Part shown: positions 49,771-59,648 of the stretch, in pieces
Layout of the letters: each line of letters starts with the position of its first letter
Position numbering within the stretch: the first letter of the stretch is position 1
DNA from: a candidate division FCPU426 bacterium
GTDB lineage: Bacteria; Oederibacteriota; Muellerivitia; Muellerivitales; Muellerivitaceae
Length of the DNA: 64,000 nt
Reading direction: 5' to 3'
Assembly: GCA_963796105.1 (NCBI GenBank)
Contig: CAWCKJ010000002.1
Location: 352,001 to 416,000, forward strand
Translations under genes and position numbers: made by a program
Notes under the pieces: generated by a model
What the model saw: only the letters and a program-made list of their open reading frames with translations
Told to the model about the DNA's origin: nothing
Database searches by the model: none

Positions 49771-51851
49771 CGGATCGTCCCTTGTTTTTCTCCGGAAACC
49801 GGCAATTGGCCCCACTGGTATTTCTTTTTTCCCTTGAATGCGCCCTGTTGGGCCTAAATCCCACCTTTTACATGGACGACAGCCCCGAGTTCACCACCTG
49901 CGCGGCATCCCTGGGCGTGGCCCATCCTCCCGGTTATCCCCTCTATATCCTGTTGGGGCGTTTGATGTCCCTGCTGCCACTGCCCATTTGTTTCGTGCAA
50001 AACCTTCTTTCGGCCCTGTTAGCCTCTTTAGTTTCCGTCTTGATCTTCCTTTTGCTGAACCGGGATTTCAAAGTCCCGGCGGTTATCAGCTTTTGTTTCG
50101 CTTTGGCTTGGATGGCGGGAATCACTTCCTATCCGGCGGCTTTGAGCTCCAAAAGGGGCGTTTATGAGCTGACGGCGGTTTTTCTCCTGGCCATTCTTTC
50201 CAGCCTCCTAAGGGGAAAGGCGGCTCAAGTGGTTTTCTTTTTCGGTCTCTCCCTGGGGAACCACTGGATGAGCATGGCCGCTTACGCGCCGGGGCTCGCC
50301 CTGCTGGCTTATCAAAGAACAACTGGAAAAATATTTACCGGCGACCCAAAGAGTTGTCCCTTGACCGTCAGGACACTAGGGAACTTTTTATTTATTTGCC
50401 TCCTAGGCCTATCTGTTTATTTATACCTGCCTTTGCGGGCTGTAAACCATCCCCTGGTCAACTGGGGCTCGCCCAGCCACTGGACCGCTTTTCACCAGCA
50501 CCTCAGCCGGCATGTGGATCAAGGGAGGGATTTGTCATCTGATCCGGGACAATGGCTCAAATATTCAGGTTTGTACCTCTTTTCATGCGTAAAGGAGTTT
50601 TCCGGATTGGGCTTGCTGGCGCTTTTGGGTTTGTTTTTCGAATGGAGAACCAACCTTTCAAGAGCCTTTGCCATGACCGCCAGCTGGGGAGGCCTGATGG
50701 CGGCTGTCAGCGTTTTCTCGAAATTCTCAAGTGAAAAGTTCTTCCTGTTCCAGGATTATTCCATCTCTTCCATGGTTTTCGTGATTCTCTTTTCGGCTCT
50801 TGGCATCAGGGGTTTATCGAGGCTTTGGGGAGAAACGAGAAACCGGAAGTTATTACTTGGAGCAGTTTTAGCGGCCTTAACCTTGGCCGGGTTATTTTTC
50901 CGGATCAATGACAGCGGCGAGGCATACTTCACCTACACATACGATCAAACCCTCAACGCCTGGAAATCCACGCCCCGAAACGCCCTATTCTTCTGCCAGG
51001 GGGACAATTATCAATTTCCCTGTTGGTACCTCCAGTGGATCGTGGGGAAAAGGCCAGACCTGGGAGTGGTTGGCTCAAGCCTGACTATGGATTGGTACCG
51101 GGAACAACTTGCGAAATCCCACCCAGACTTGAAGGTGCTTAACCCGCAATACGAACCGGATAAGATTTATGTTTTCGGGCCGCTCACACGCTGGATGGTG
51201 GAAAACAATCCGGATAAGAGTTTTTATTTCACCTATACCCCCGGGCCGGAAGAGGAGTTTTCGAATATGAATTGGGCTCCCCTGGGCCTCACCAGGGAAG
51301 GGACACCTTCCCCCCGAAAACCGGTTTTCCAGGCAGGCCTCAATGACCTTTTTTGGGACAACATCCGCTTAAGGCACGCAAGGAAGGGGACCGATCCGAT
51401 TGATCAACGCACTTGGGACAACGTCCTCTGGGATTACGGCTTTTGCCGTTATTGGCTGGCTCAATACGAGATAAAACAAGCGGGGGATTTGGAATCCATC
51501 ACCCCCATCCATGGGAAAACTAAAACTTCAGTGATGGCCAAGGGATGGTACGAAAGAAGCCTCGCGAATTTGCTTTGGACCAATGATTGGGAGCCGGGAG
51601 TCCCGGAACATTCTTTGGATGTCGGGGCCAATTACCTTTTTTTAGGGGATTTGGATCACGCCAGGGAATGGGTCCAGAAAGCCAACCAGAGGCTTCCTCG
51701 AGACGCGGAGATTTATTATGACGCTGGAGTGATGGCCTATAATTGCGGCAGTTTCTTTCCGGCGAAAAATCTGTTCTTGAAAGCGGTTGAGATGGATCCT
51801 ACTTATGACCGCCCCAGGCAGGCGCTTCACCTCCTGGAGCGGAAGCCATGA
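49767..51851 (+). CDS. DUF2723/TMEM260-like GT-C membrane protein with C-terminal TPR
   Basis: DDSPEF..CA..LGVAHPPGYPLY, YLYLPLR...NWG.P, GDN..FP.WYLQ...RPDL. Confidence 0.85.
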   Translation: MTDRPLFFSGNRQLAPLVFLFSLECALLGLNPTFYMDDSPEFTTCAASLGVAHPPGYPLYILLGRLMSLLPLPICFVQNLLSALLASLVSVLIFLLLNRDFKVPAVISFCFALAWMAGITSYPAALSSKRGVYELTAVFLLAILSSLLRGKAAQVVFFFGLSLGNHWMSMAAYAPGLALLAYQRTTGKIFTGDPKSCPLTVRTLGNFLFICLLGLSVYLYLPLRAVNHPLVNWGSPSHWTAFHQHLSRHVDQGRDLSSDPGQWLKYSGLYLFSCVKEFSGLGLLALLGLFFEWRTNLSRAFAMTASWGGLMAAVSVFSKFSSEKFFLFQDYSISSMVFVILFSALGIRGLSRLWGETRNRKLLLGAVLAALTLAGLFFRINDSGEAYFTYTYDQTLNAWKSTPRNALFFCQGDNYQFPCWYLQWIVGKRPDLGVVGSSLTMDWYREQLAKSHPDLKVLNPQYEPDKIYVFGPLTRWMVENNPDKSFYFTYTPGPEEEFSNMNWAPLGLTREGTPSPRKPVFQAGLNDLFWDNIRLRHARKGTDPIDQRTWDNVLWDYGFCRYWLAQYEIKQAGDLESITPIHGKTKTSVMAKGWYERSLANLLWTNDWEPGVPEHSLDVGANYLFLGDLDHAREWVQKANQRLPRDAEIYYDAGVMAYNCGSFFPAKNLFLKAVEMDPTYDRPRQALHLLERKP

Positions 51852-53767
51852 CATTAGAACCGGAAACCCATCCATCCCACCCAGGCACGGCTTCATCCAA
51901 GCGCTTCGATCCCTGGTTGATCCCTTTGTTGGCTTGTTTCGTTCTGGCTGGCCTGCTGGGGACCAGGCTAATTTTCGATTCTGACCTGGGTTTTCATTTG
52001 AAGGGGGGGCAATGGATCGCCCAGAACCACCAAGTTCCAACCCAGGACACCTATACCTTTACCGTTTCAGGGCATGATTATCTGGATATCCATTGGCTCT
52101 ACCAGTTAATGCTTTACGCGCTTTTCAAACTGGGCGGCTATTCCATGATTTCCTTGGCCAATGCCGGATGCGCTCTTTTATTGGTGTTCCTGACACATAA
52201 ACGGCTGAAATTAACCGATTCTCCGCTCTGGATGCGCCTTGTCCTTTTGACCACGGTTTTGCTGATGGTGGAAATCCGCTTCAGGGCCAGGCCCGAAATA
52301 CTCAGTTATATCCTGATGAGCCTCACCCTTTTGATCCTGGAAATGAGAACGAAAGGGGAAAGGAACCTCCTTTTTCTGCTTCCGTTCCTCTTCGTGATTT
52401 GGGCCAATGTCGAGGGCCTATTCGCGGTGGGTTGGGTCATCGTGGGAATTTATTGTCTCGCAAGCCTGGTTCAATCCAAGAACACTGACCAAAAACTCAT
52501 GCTTTACTCGGGAATGTCCCTGGCGGCCCCCCTGGCGAATCCTAATTTTCTCAAAGGCGCCGTTTATCCCTTCACCCAGATGCTCATGCTCCGAAATTCC
52601 AATGTCTTCAAGCAGGCTATTTTCGAGCTTCAGCCTCCCTGGCCGCTGGACTCGAGTTTTTTCCTGGCGCCGAGCCTTTATCTTTTTGTTTACAAAGTTT
52701 TCTCACTCCTGCTTCTTCTCGCGCTGGTCATGACTTTCCGGCAAAGAAAAATTCATGAGTTCCTTATATTCCTTGTTTTTTTCGGTCTTTCCCTCGCGGC
52801 CCTTCGCAACATCATTCTATTCATGTTCGTTTGCGGGCCTTTGGCGGTTTCCTGCTGGAAATCCTTGAAATGGGAAAAACTTCGTAAGGCGCAAGTTATC
52901 TTGTTCGGGCATTCCGCGGCCCCTTGGTTGGCTGCCCTGGTACTGGTCGGACTTTGCCTGAGGGTCGCGACAGGGGCCTATTACGTCAATGACCGGCGTC
53001 CTGATCGTTTCGGACTGGGGTTGGACCGGGACCAAGTGCCGGTGAAGGCATGCGAATTCCTTGCCCAAAACCATTTGGATGGGAAAATCCTCAACCAACT
53101 CAATCCCGGGGGCTGGCTTGAATGGCTGTGGTCGGGGAAAGCTTTCATCGACGGAAGGCTGGAGGTGATGGGGGAGGATTTCTTCCGGGACTTCATGTCC
53201 ACCTCCACGCCAGGCAGGCTGGGTCTTCTGGCTGACAAGTACCAGGCCGACATTCTTTTTTTCAATCCGCTGGACGCCATGCAGTGGACCGAGGATCTTC
53301 CGAAAATGCCGGGATGGAGGCCTGTGTACCTGGACGGGAACACCGTGATCTACCTTCGCAGGGGATATGGGGACCAGGTTCCGGACCTGGATTATTCCCG
53401 TCTTCCCTCTGATTGGGGAATTTCCAAGGATATCCAGGACCAGGCTTTGACGATCCTTCGGGTGCCCTCGACCCCGAGATGGGTTTCTTTCTGGGAGGAA
53501 TTCTTTTTTACGCCCCCTTACCCCAAGTGGTTCCAAACCATGGGAGTTTTCAACACCTTTGCGGGGCATCCCGAGACTGCGGAAGCCATGGACCTCGAGG
53601 CTATCAGGCTGAGCCGGGGCAGGTATGTCGAGTTTTTCTACAACCTCCGGGGCCTATTCGCAGCGTCAAATCGATCTGAGGAGGAACAGCTTTGTGATCA
53701 ACAGGTGAAAGCCCTGAGGCCAGGTAGCCTGTTTCTCGAATACACAGGGAAGGCTTCAGGAAACTAA
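51848..53767 (+). CDS. Polytopic membrane protein, GT-C-like
   Basis: DSDLGFHLKGGQWI...DTYTFT...HWLYQ, RPE, WANVEG, FIDGR; ~12 TM. Confidence 0.7.
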   Translation: MTLEPETHPSHPGTASSKRFDPWLIPLLACFVLAGLLGTRLIFDSDLGFHLKGGQWIAQNHQVPTQDTYTFTVSGHDYLDIHWLYQLMLYALFKLGGYSMISLANAGCALLLVFLTHKRLKLTDSPLWMRLVLLTTVLLMVEIRFRARPEILSYILMSLTLLILEMRTKGERNLLFLLPFLFVIWANVEGLFAVGWVIVGIYCLASLVQSKNTDQKLMLYSGMSLAAPLANPNFLKGAVYPFTQMLMLRNSNVFKQAIFELQPPWPLDSSFFLAPSLYLFVYKVFSLLLLLALVMTFRQRKIHEFLIFLVFFGLSLAALRNIILFMFVCGPLAVSCWKSLKWEKLRKAQVILFGHSAAPWLAALVLVGLCLRVATGAYYVNDRRPDRFGLGLDRDQVPVKACEFLAQNHLDGKILNQLNPGGWLEWLWSGKAFIDGRLEVMGEDFFRDFMSTSTPGRLGLLADKYQADILFFNPLDAMQWTEDLPKMPGWRPVYLDGNTVIYLRRGYGDQVPDLDYSRLPSDWGISKDIQDQALTILRVPSTPRWVSFWEEFFFTPPYPKWFQTMGVFNTFAGHPETAEAMDLEAIRLSRGRYVEFFYNLRGLFAASNRSEEEQLCDQQVKALRPGSLFLEYTGKASGN

Positions 53768-53800
53768 CATGATGAATAAACAAAACGGCTTTCAATATCC

Positions 53801-55975
53801 ATGAATGAAATTTCAAATTTCACGAATACTGGGGGAAAAATAAATACCAGTCATGAACAGAAAACCGTATTTGTTTTAAAGCCCTCCATTGTCTTTATCG
53901 CTCTGACGGCTTTGAACGCCCTGCTGGCCTATTCTCCCCTGGGTTGGGGCGGTAAATTGGCGATAGGTCTTTTCGGTTTCGGAGTTTTGGGTTGGGTTTA
54001 CTTGAAAAATCGGTTATCCATTCCATCACCCCAACAACCATTTTTCTCACAGGAACTTTACCAACCAGCGGCCTGGCTTGTTCTTTTTATTTTCGCATTG
54101 GGTTTGGCCGCGCGCCTTTACCGCCAGACTTCTTCTCTAGCTTTTCCCGCCGTGGACGAGATGGAGAACGCCTATAGCGCGATCCATTTGAACAGCCATT
54201 GGACCTGGCATCTGTTCTTTAGGCCCCACCAGGTTCCGGTGCTCTATCTTTGGCTTTTAGCCGCGACTTTCAAGATTTGGGGATTCTCCTTCAAGGTTCT
54301 CTGGCTTGTGCCTGCTTTTCTTTCTTTCCTTGCCACGGTTTTTTATTACCTGGCTTTTAGGGTGTTTTTCACTAAATCTTTTTCTTTCCTCAGCCTCCTA
54401 TTCCTGAGCCTCACCTTTTGGCCGGTATTTATCGGCTGTTATTCCCATGAGGCTGTGCTGATGGTTTTATTCCAATCCATGACTTTCTGGATTCTGGCCA
54501 AGCGGTTAAAAGCGGACCCATCCGGTCACCATCCGATTCTTTCCATTTGCTTTGGTTTATTCCTGGGAGTTGGTTTTTACACTTATTTCGGATGGCCCCT
54601 GGTTGCCTTTTGCGTTGTATTTACCTTGGGATGGTATTTCCTCAAGACTAGGCCGCGAGAGAAGAACGACCTTTATTATTGCCTTGGGACGGCGCTTCTC
54701 GTGGTTTTGCCCTTGGCGGCGGGTGGACTCAAGGAAAATTTCGGGTCCTATTTTGGGATGCTCTCCATTTTTAACGGCAAGAGCGACGAGGTTATCCATT
54801 GGCATTTCTGGCAGGCACTCTTTTATTTCACCGATTTTTTTTGGACAGGTTGGCCCAAATGCTATTCCTACTTCTATTATTACTATTCCGGATGGGGAGG
54901 CCTCTTGAATCCCGTGCTGGGAAGTCTTTTTTTCCTGGGGACCGTGGAATGGTGGCGGATCAGAAGGAATCCCATGGCCAAATGGATAGGAATAAGCTCG
55001 GTGGTTCTTTTCGTACCCTGTTTATTGTCCAATCTTCCCAATGGTTATCACATTTCGTCACTTTTGCCCCTTTTTATCGTCACGATGGCTATGGGGCTGG
55101 GGGCTGTCCTGGAAGGGATCACTAAAGTTCCCAATAGGTTTCTCCTGATGGTTCCATTTGTACTTCTTTCCTTGGTCTTGGATCTCGAGACTTTGACGCG
55201 ATCCAAACCTGTTGCCAACAGCGATATCTCCCAAATGGATCCGAAAGTCATCCTTTGCGAAACCCTGAAGAATATCAGCCTGACCCAGGGGCCTGGATTG
55301 GTCTATTCCGATTTTTCCATGGATGGAACCCTGCCGGTTTTCCTGGAATTGGGGACCTATTCCTTCAACGCCCTGGCCAATCCTTCGTTGGATCAAGCGA
55401 AAGCCTCCTGGGCCGCATTGGTTACTGACGAGGGTTTCAAACCCTATTTAACAAAATTGTTTCCCAACGCCGCCTTTTCCAGGTGGAACGGCGATTCACC
55501 AACTGATGGAAATCTCTTATCAATCATTCCGCTTAATAACGAAAACCGCGGGACCCTTGGAGCCTGGAGGGAGGCGGAGAAGGTCATGGCGGAAATGGAT
55601 TTCATGCAATTTGAGCATCCGGTGAATCATACCTATGACAATCTTATTGGTTATCTGGGAGATAAGGGCCAACTTTTCGAGGGAAATCCATTCCTAGGTT
55701 TTTATTATTGGGGGAAATTGGGGAACAATTATTATTGGAATAAGCAATACGACCTGGCCCTTCCAGCCTTGGAAAAAGCCTCGCAATACGGCTGTGACGG
55801 CATGGTGAGCCACAATTTGGGTTTTGTTTATTTGAATCTTGGGCGCTATTTGGAGGCGAAAAAAGCCCTTCTGGAGGCCGCTAAATACGACCCCAGGTAT
55901 CAACCCTCCCCGGAAGTCCTGAGAAAACTGGATGAGCTGGCGGGACAAACCCGGAATAACCCGGGTGGTGGATAA
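53801..55975 (+). CDS. ArnT/PMT_2-like GT-C glycosyltransferase with C-terminal TPR
   Basis: RLY......P..DE after TM, many TM helices, GFYTY, TPR tail (HNLGFVYLNLGRY..A). Confidence 0.72.
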   Translation: MNEISNFTNTGGKINTSHEQKTVFVLKPSIVFIALTALNALLAYSPLGWGGKLAIGLFGFGVLGWVYLKNRLSIPSPQQPFFSQELYQPAAWLVLFIFALGLAARLYRQTSSLAFPAVDEMENAYSAIHLNSHWTWHLFFRPHQVPVLYLWLLAATFKIWGFSFKVLWLVPAFLSFLATVFYYLAFRVFFTKSFSFLSLLFLSLTFWPVFIGCYSHEAVLMVLFQSMTFWILAKRLKADPSGHHPILSICFGLFLGVGFYTYFGWPLVAFCVVFTLGWYFLKTRPREKNDLYYCLGTALLVVLPLAAGGLKENFGSYFGMLSIFNGKSDEVIHWHFWQALFYFTDFFWTGWPKCYSYFYYYYSGWGGLLNPVLGSLFFLGTVEWWRIRRNPMAKWIGISSVVLFVPCLLSNLPNGYHISSLLPLFIVTMAMGLGAVLEGITKVPNRFLLMVPFVLLSLVLDLETLTRSKPVANSDISQMDPKVILCETLKNISLTQGPGLVYSDFSMDGTLPVFLELGTYSFNALANPSLDQAKASWAALVTDEGFKPYLTKLFPNAAFSRWNGDSPTDGNLLSIIPLNNENRGTLGAWREAEKVMAEMDFMQFEHPVNHTYDNLIGYLGDKGQLFEGNPFLGFYYWGKLGNNYYWNKQYDLALPALEKASQYGCDGMVSHNLGFVYLNLGRYLEAKKALLEAAKYDPRYQPSPEVLRKLDELAGQTRNNPGGG

Positions 55976-56086
55976 TTTCGTTTGGCCGGAGGATGAATAT
56001 CCAGTCAAAAACATTTTGCGGAATTCGTTAGAATATAAAACCTTCACCGTTTGCTAGATAAATTACCTTAAAGAAGATAAGGCATT

Positions 56087-57901
56087 ATGACTTCTCAACA
56101 ACCACAACAAATTCCAAAAGATAATCGTTTCAGGCTTTTCTGGTTCGGATTGATACCAGCGGCTGTTACCTTCCTTTTTTACCTGCCGGTGATCCGGAAT
56201 GGTTTTGTCTGGGATGACGAGGACGCCATCCTCAAAAACCTGCAAATCCGGTTTATTAACCTGGATTCCCTGCATTGGATGTTCACGAGTTTTCTACTGG
56301 GGAATTGGACGCCCCTGACTTGGTTTTCACTCGCCCTGGATTACCAGGTAGGACAGCTACAGGCCTGGGTTTATCACTTGGATAATCTTTTCTGGCACTG
56401 TCTTAATACCTTTATTGTTTTCTTGTTGGCTTTTAAAGTTTTCAAGATAACCCGTCATGCCTCCATTCAAATTGGGGCCATGGTTATCCCTTCCTGGGAA
56501 TTGCCGGCGGCCATTCTTTCCGCTGTTTTTTTCGGTCTTCACCCCATCCATGTGGAAGCGGTGGCTTGGGCCTTGGAACGCAATGACCTTCTTTGCGCTT
56601 TCTTCCTTTTATTAAGTCTTATAACTTACCTGGAATACGCCGCGGGTCTGGCCAGGCCCATGGGGAAGTACCTTTTATGTTTATTCTTTTTTGCCTTAGC
56701 TCTTTTAAGCAAGCCTGTTGCGATTATTTACCCCATATTCTTTCTTCTCCTGGACGGCTGGCTTCTCGAACGATTTTCAAAAGACCGGTTTAAGGCATTT
56801 TGGGAAAAAATCCCATTCTTTGTCTTGTCCTTGCTGGCCGGGCTCATGGCCTTGATGGCCCGAGCTTCTGTCCATAACATTCCGTTATTTTCCGAAGAGC
56901 CCTTCCAGGTCCGTCTTATTAACGCGTTTCATTCCCTGGCTTTTTACCTTGGAAAACTGATTTGGCCAGTGGATTTGGCTGTTTTATATCCACTCACGCC
57001 CCAGACCGGGGTTTTATCCTTTGAGAACATTTTTTCGATAGTTTTTGTCTTATGCCTATTCACGGTTCTTTTTATTTATCGAAAGAAGCGTCCTTATATG
57101 TGGCTGTCTTGGCTCTTTTACCTTGTGACTCTTTTACCGGTTTTGGGTCTGTTACAGTCCGGGAATCAAACCGCGGCGGACCGATATACCTACCTGCCCA
57201 CCTTGGGCTTTTTCTTTCTTTTCTCCGCTTGGATCGCCAGGTTTTTAACGGGACGAAAGCTTCCGGGGGCCATCGCCGTCTTTTTTTTCGCGATTATCCT
57301 GGGTCCTGTCACTCTGCGCCAAATTGAGGTTTGGCGGGATCCTGTGACCCTTTGGAAAAACGCGGTGAAGGTTTCCAAGGGCGGTTCTGAAACCGTATTG
57401 AATTATCTCGCGGATTCCTGCCGCGCCCAGGGCCGGCTGGTGGATGCCCTGAATATGTACGATAGGGCCATCGCCATTGGCCCTAAAGACGTTTACTCCC
57501 ATAATGGCAAAGCCATTGCCTTATATTTATTGGACCGTCCCCAGGACTCCATCCAGGAATTCAAAACCGCCATATCCCTCAATCCCTCTTTGGACCTGGT
57601 TTATTTCAATTATTGGATTGTCTGCCAAAGGCTGAAAATGTACCAGGAATCCCTGGAGGCGGCCAGGGAACTGGTCCGGATCAATCCCAATTCCGCCAGG
57701 TCCTACGATCTTTTGGGAATCAGCTATGGGGATGTGGGACAATATGACCAAGCGATAACAAGCTTTGAAAAAGCCTTGGAACTGGAAAGGGGAAACCCTG
57801 AATTTTTACGGCATTTGGCCGCGACCCGTTACCGCTCTCAAAATCCCCAGGAGCCGATGGATTTGTACCAGAATCGATTGGAAGGACAAGTAAATCGGTA
57901 A
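56087..57901 (+). CDS. TMTC-like putative protein O-mannosyltransferase with TPRs
   Basis: NGFVWDD, W.PLT..S, HPIHVEAVAW..ERNDL, LLSKP, AADRYTYLP, W....TLW, TPR repeats. Confidence 0.85.
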   Translation: MTSQQPQQIPKDNRFRLFWFGLIPAAVTFLFYLPVIRNGFVWDDEDAILKNLQIRFINLDSLHWMFTSFLLGNWTPLTWFSLALDYQVGQLQAWVYHLDNLFWHCLNTFIVFLLAFKVFKITRHASIQIGAMVIPSWELPAAILSAVFFGLHPIHVEAVAWALERNDLLCAFFLLLSLITYLEYAAGLARPMGKYLLCLFFFALALLSKPVAIIYPIFFLLLDGWLLERFSKDRFKAFWEKIPFFVLSLLAGLMALMARASVHNIPLFSEEPFQVRLINAFHSLAFYLGKLIWPVDLAVLYPLTPQTGVLSFENIFSIVFVLCLFTVLFIYRKKRPYMWLSWLFYLVTLLPVLGLLQSGNQTAADRYTYLPTLGFFFLFSAWIARFLTGRKLPGAIAVFFFAIILGPVTLRQIEVWRDPVTLWKNAVKVSKGGSETVLNYLADSCRAQGRLVDALNMYDRAIAIGPKDVYSHNGKAIALYLLDRPQDSIQEFKTAISLNPSLDLVYFNYWIVCQRLKMYQESLEAARELVRINPNSARSYDLLGISYGDVGQYDQAITSFEKALELERGNPEFLRHLAATRYRSQNPQEPMDLYQNRLEGQVNR

Positions 57902-58034
57902 AGTCTCACTACGATTTCCCATTTTATTGTCCTGCCGTGTACCTCCATAAGTCCTTTATTATTGCAGAAGGGGCGGTCTGACTGTCGGAAGCCCTGTCGG
58001 AAGGGCCGGGCCCCTGTCGGAATGGACGGTTGGC

Positions 58035-58540
58035 CTATCGGCATGGGGGTTTCAACTACCGGCATGGCGGGGGTCGCCTACCGGCATGGAGGTTTGAGCT
58101 ACTGGCATGGCAGAGATCGTCTACCGGCATGGGGGTTTTAACTACTGGCATGGCAGAGATCGCCTACCGGCATAGGGGTTTTAGCTACCGGCATGGACGG
58201 GGTCGCCTACCGGCATGGCGGGGATCGCCTACCGGCATGGGGGTTTCCACCATCCAATGCAGGGGTACGACCGCCATCCGGTGACGGGATTTCCACCATC
58301 CGGGGCCAGGGTTCCGCCATCCAGGGTCAGGTTTCCGTCGTCCAGTGTCGAGCTTCCCGCCATCCGGTGTTGAGTTTTCCGTCGTCCGATGTGGAATTTC
58401 CACCATCCAGGGTCGAGTTTTCGGCCGATGCTGGGGATTCCGTTGGCCGGAGCCGGTGTTTCCATTGGCCGGAACCTGATTTTCGTTGGCCGGAGCCGTG
58501 ATTTCCGTTGGCCGATGCCGGGATTCCGCTGGCCGGGATT
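58035..58540. repeat. ~21-bp periodic repeat tract in three successive motif blocks
   Basis: 10x CTACCGGCATGG (58035-58240), then ttCCrCCATCCrg, then TTCCGTTGGCCG cores. Confidence 0.85.
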
Positions 58541-58815
58541 GGATTTCCGCCGCCCAGAGTTCTAAGATTTTCGGGTTCCAGTGGTTCTAGGCCAGCAAGC
58601 GGTGAGTTTATCGAATCCGTTCCAGAAGTTCCAGAGCACAGATTTCATTTAAATCTGCACTGGCAAGCATCGCCCTCGGCTTGTGGCTTCGGGCGGCCAG
58701 TTCCCGGGTTCTCGTCTGGACACAGTGCGGTTCGTATGACAATTGGGAAATAAGCCGTAAAATGCTTCCGAAGGCGCGAGCTTGGTTAAGCCATTCGTCA
58801 GGGAGGGGAATCAAG

Positions 58816-59142
58816 TTGGATTTGAACGGCCTATCAATCAAGGAAACAGAAAATGGTTGTACCTTGACCGTTAAGGTCATCCCCCGTTCCTCCCGCGACG
58901 GGATCATGGGCGTTGAAAACGGGGAGCTAAAGATCAAGCTCTCGGCTCCGCCGGTGGAAGGCGCGGCCAACGAAGCGGCCATTGGTTATTTGGCGGGCAT
59001 CCTGAAGCGCCCGAAAAAGGGACTGGAAATCATTCGCGGGGAAAAATCCCGGCATAAGGTGATCCGTATCCAAGGCCTCGGGCCAGGGGAACTGAGAAAC
59101 CTGCTCGCCGAGCGTTTAAACGGAGCTGAAGCGGGGAAATAA
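58816..59142 (+). CDS. DUF167 (YggU-like) protein
   Basis: LTVKVIPRSSR...LKIKLSAPPVEGAANEA...GEKSRHK; GGGAGG RBS, TTG start. Confidence 0.88.
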   Translation: MDLNGLSIKETENGCTLTVKVIPRSSRDGIMGVENGELKIKLSAPPVEGAANEAAIGYLAGILKRPKKGLEIIRGEKSRHKVIRIQGLGPGELRNLLAERLNGAEAGK

Positions 59143-59296
59143 CCCAAAAAGGAAAAAAGGGTCGGGCACCAAGCCCCAGCTTGGCGCAGGGACACGCTCC
59201 GCGTGCCGGCCGTCAATAAGGGTTTTAAAGTGGACGTTATCGTGCCGATTTCAGTATCGTTTTTATGGTGAAACGGCACAGCAAAGCCGGGAGTCA

Positions 59297-59539
59297 TTAA
59301 GCCGGTTTCGGGCCAGGGCCGGAGTCCTTCTTATCCACATCGGGGGATGGGCCGGACTCTTTCTTTTCCGCTTTGGGCGGGTTGATCGGGGGCATTTTGC
59401 TGGGGGGCTTCAATTGGGCCGGAAAGAATTTCTTACGGTCATCGTAAATAGACTCATCCATATTTCTCACGTTTAATATCTTGAATAACCAAAAACACAC
59501 AAAGAAAAGAACCGCGATAACAAGAACGATCCAGAGCAT
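59297..59539 (-). CDS. Small single-pass membrane protein
   Basis: GGAGGAG RBS, N-terminal hydrophobic helix, Pro/Lys-rich tail. Confidence 0.65.
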   Translation of the reverse strand: MLWIVLVIAVLFFVCFWLFKILNVRNMDESIYDDRKKFFPAQLKPPSKMPPINPPKAEKKESGPSPDVDKKDSGPGPKPA

Positions 59540-59648
59540 AGAACTCCTCCCTGGGATAATTTAGCAGAAACCTGCGAGGAAAGTTGTAATAATACACCGC
59601 TTCTATCGCCAATGAGCGGGTAACCATGCCCAACGGAGGTTTTTGAGA

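Noticed and set aside
48844..49815. 323-aa minus-strand ORF (and similar antisense ORFs in S53, ehr, PBP and GT genes)
   Set aside because: Shadow ORFs antisense to well-supported GC-rich genes; no motifs
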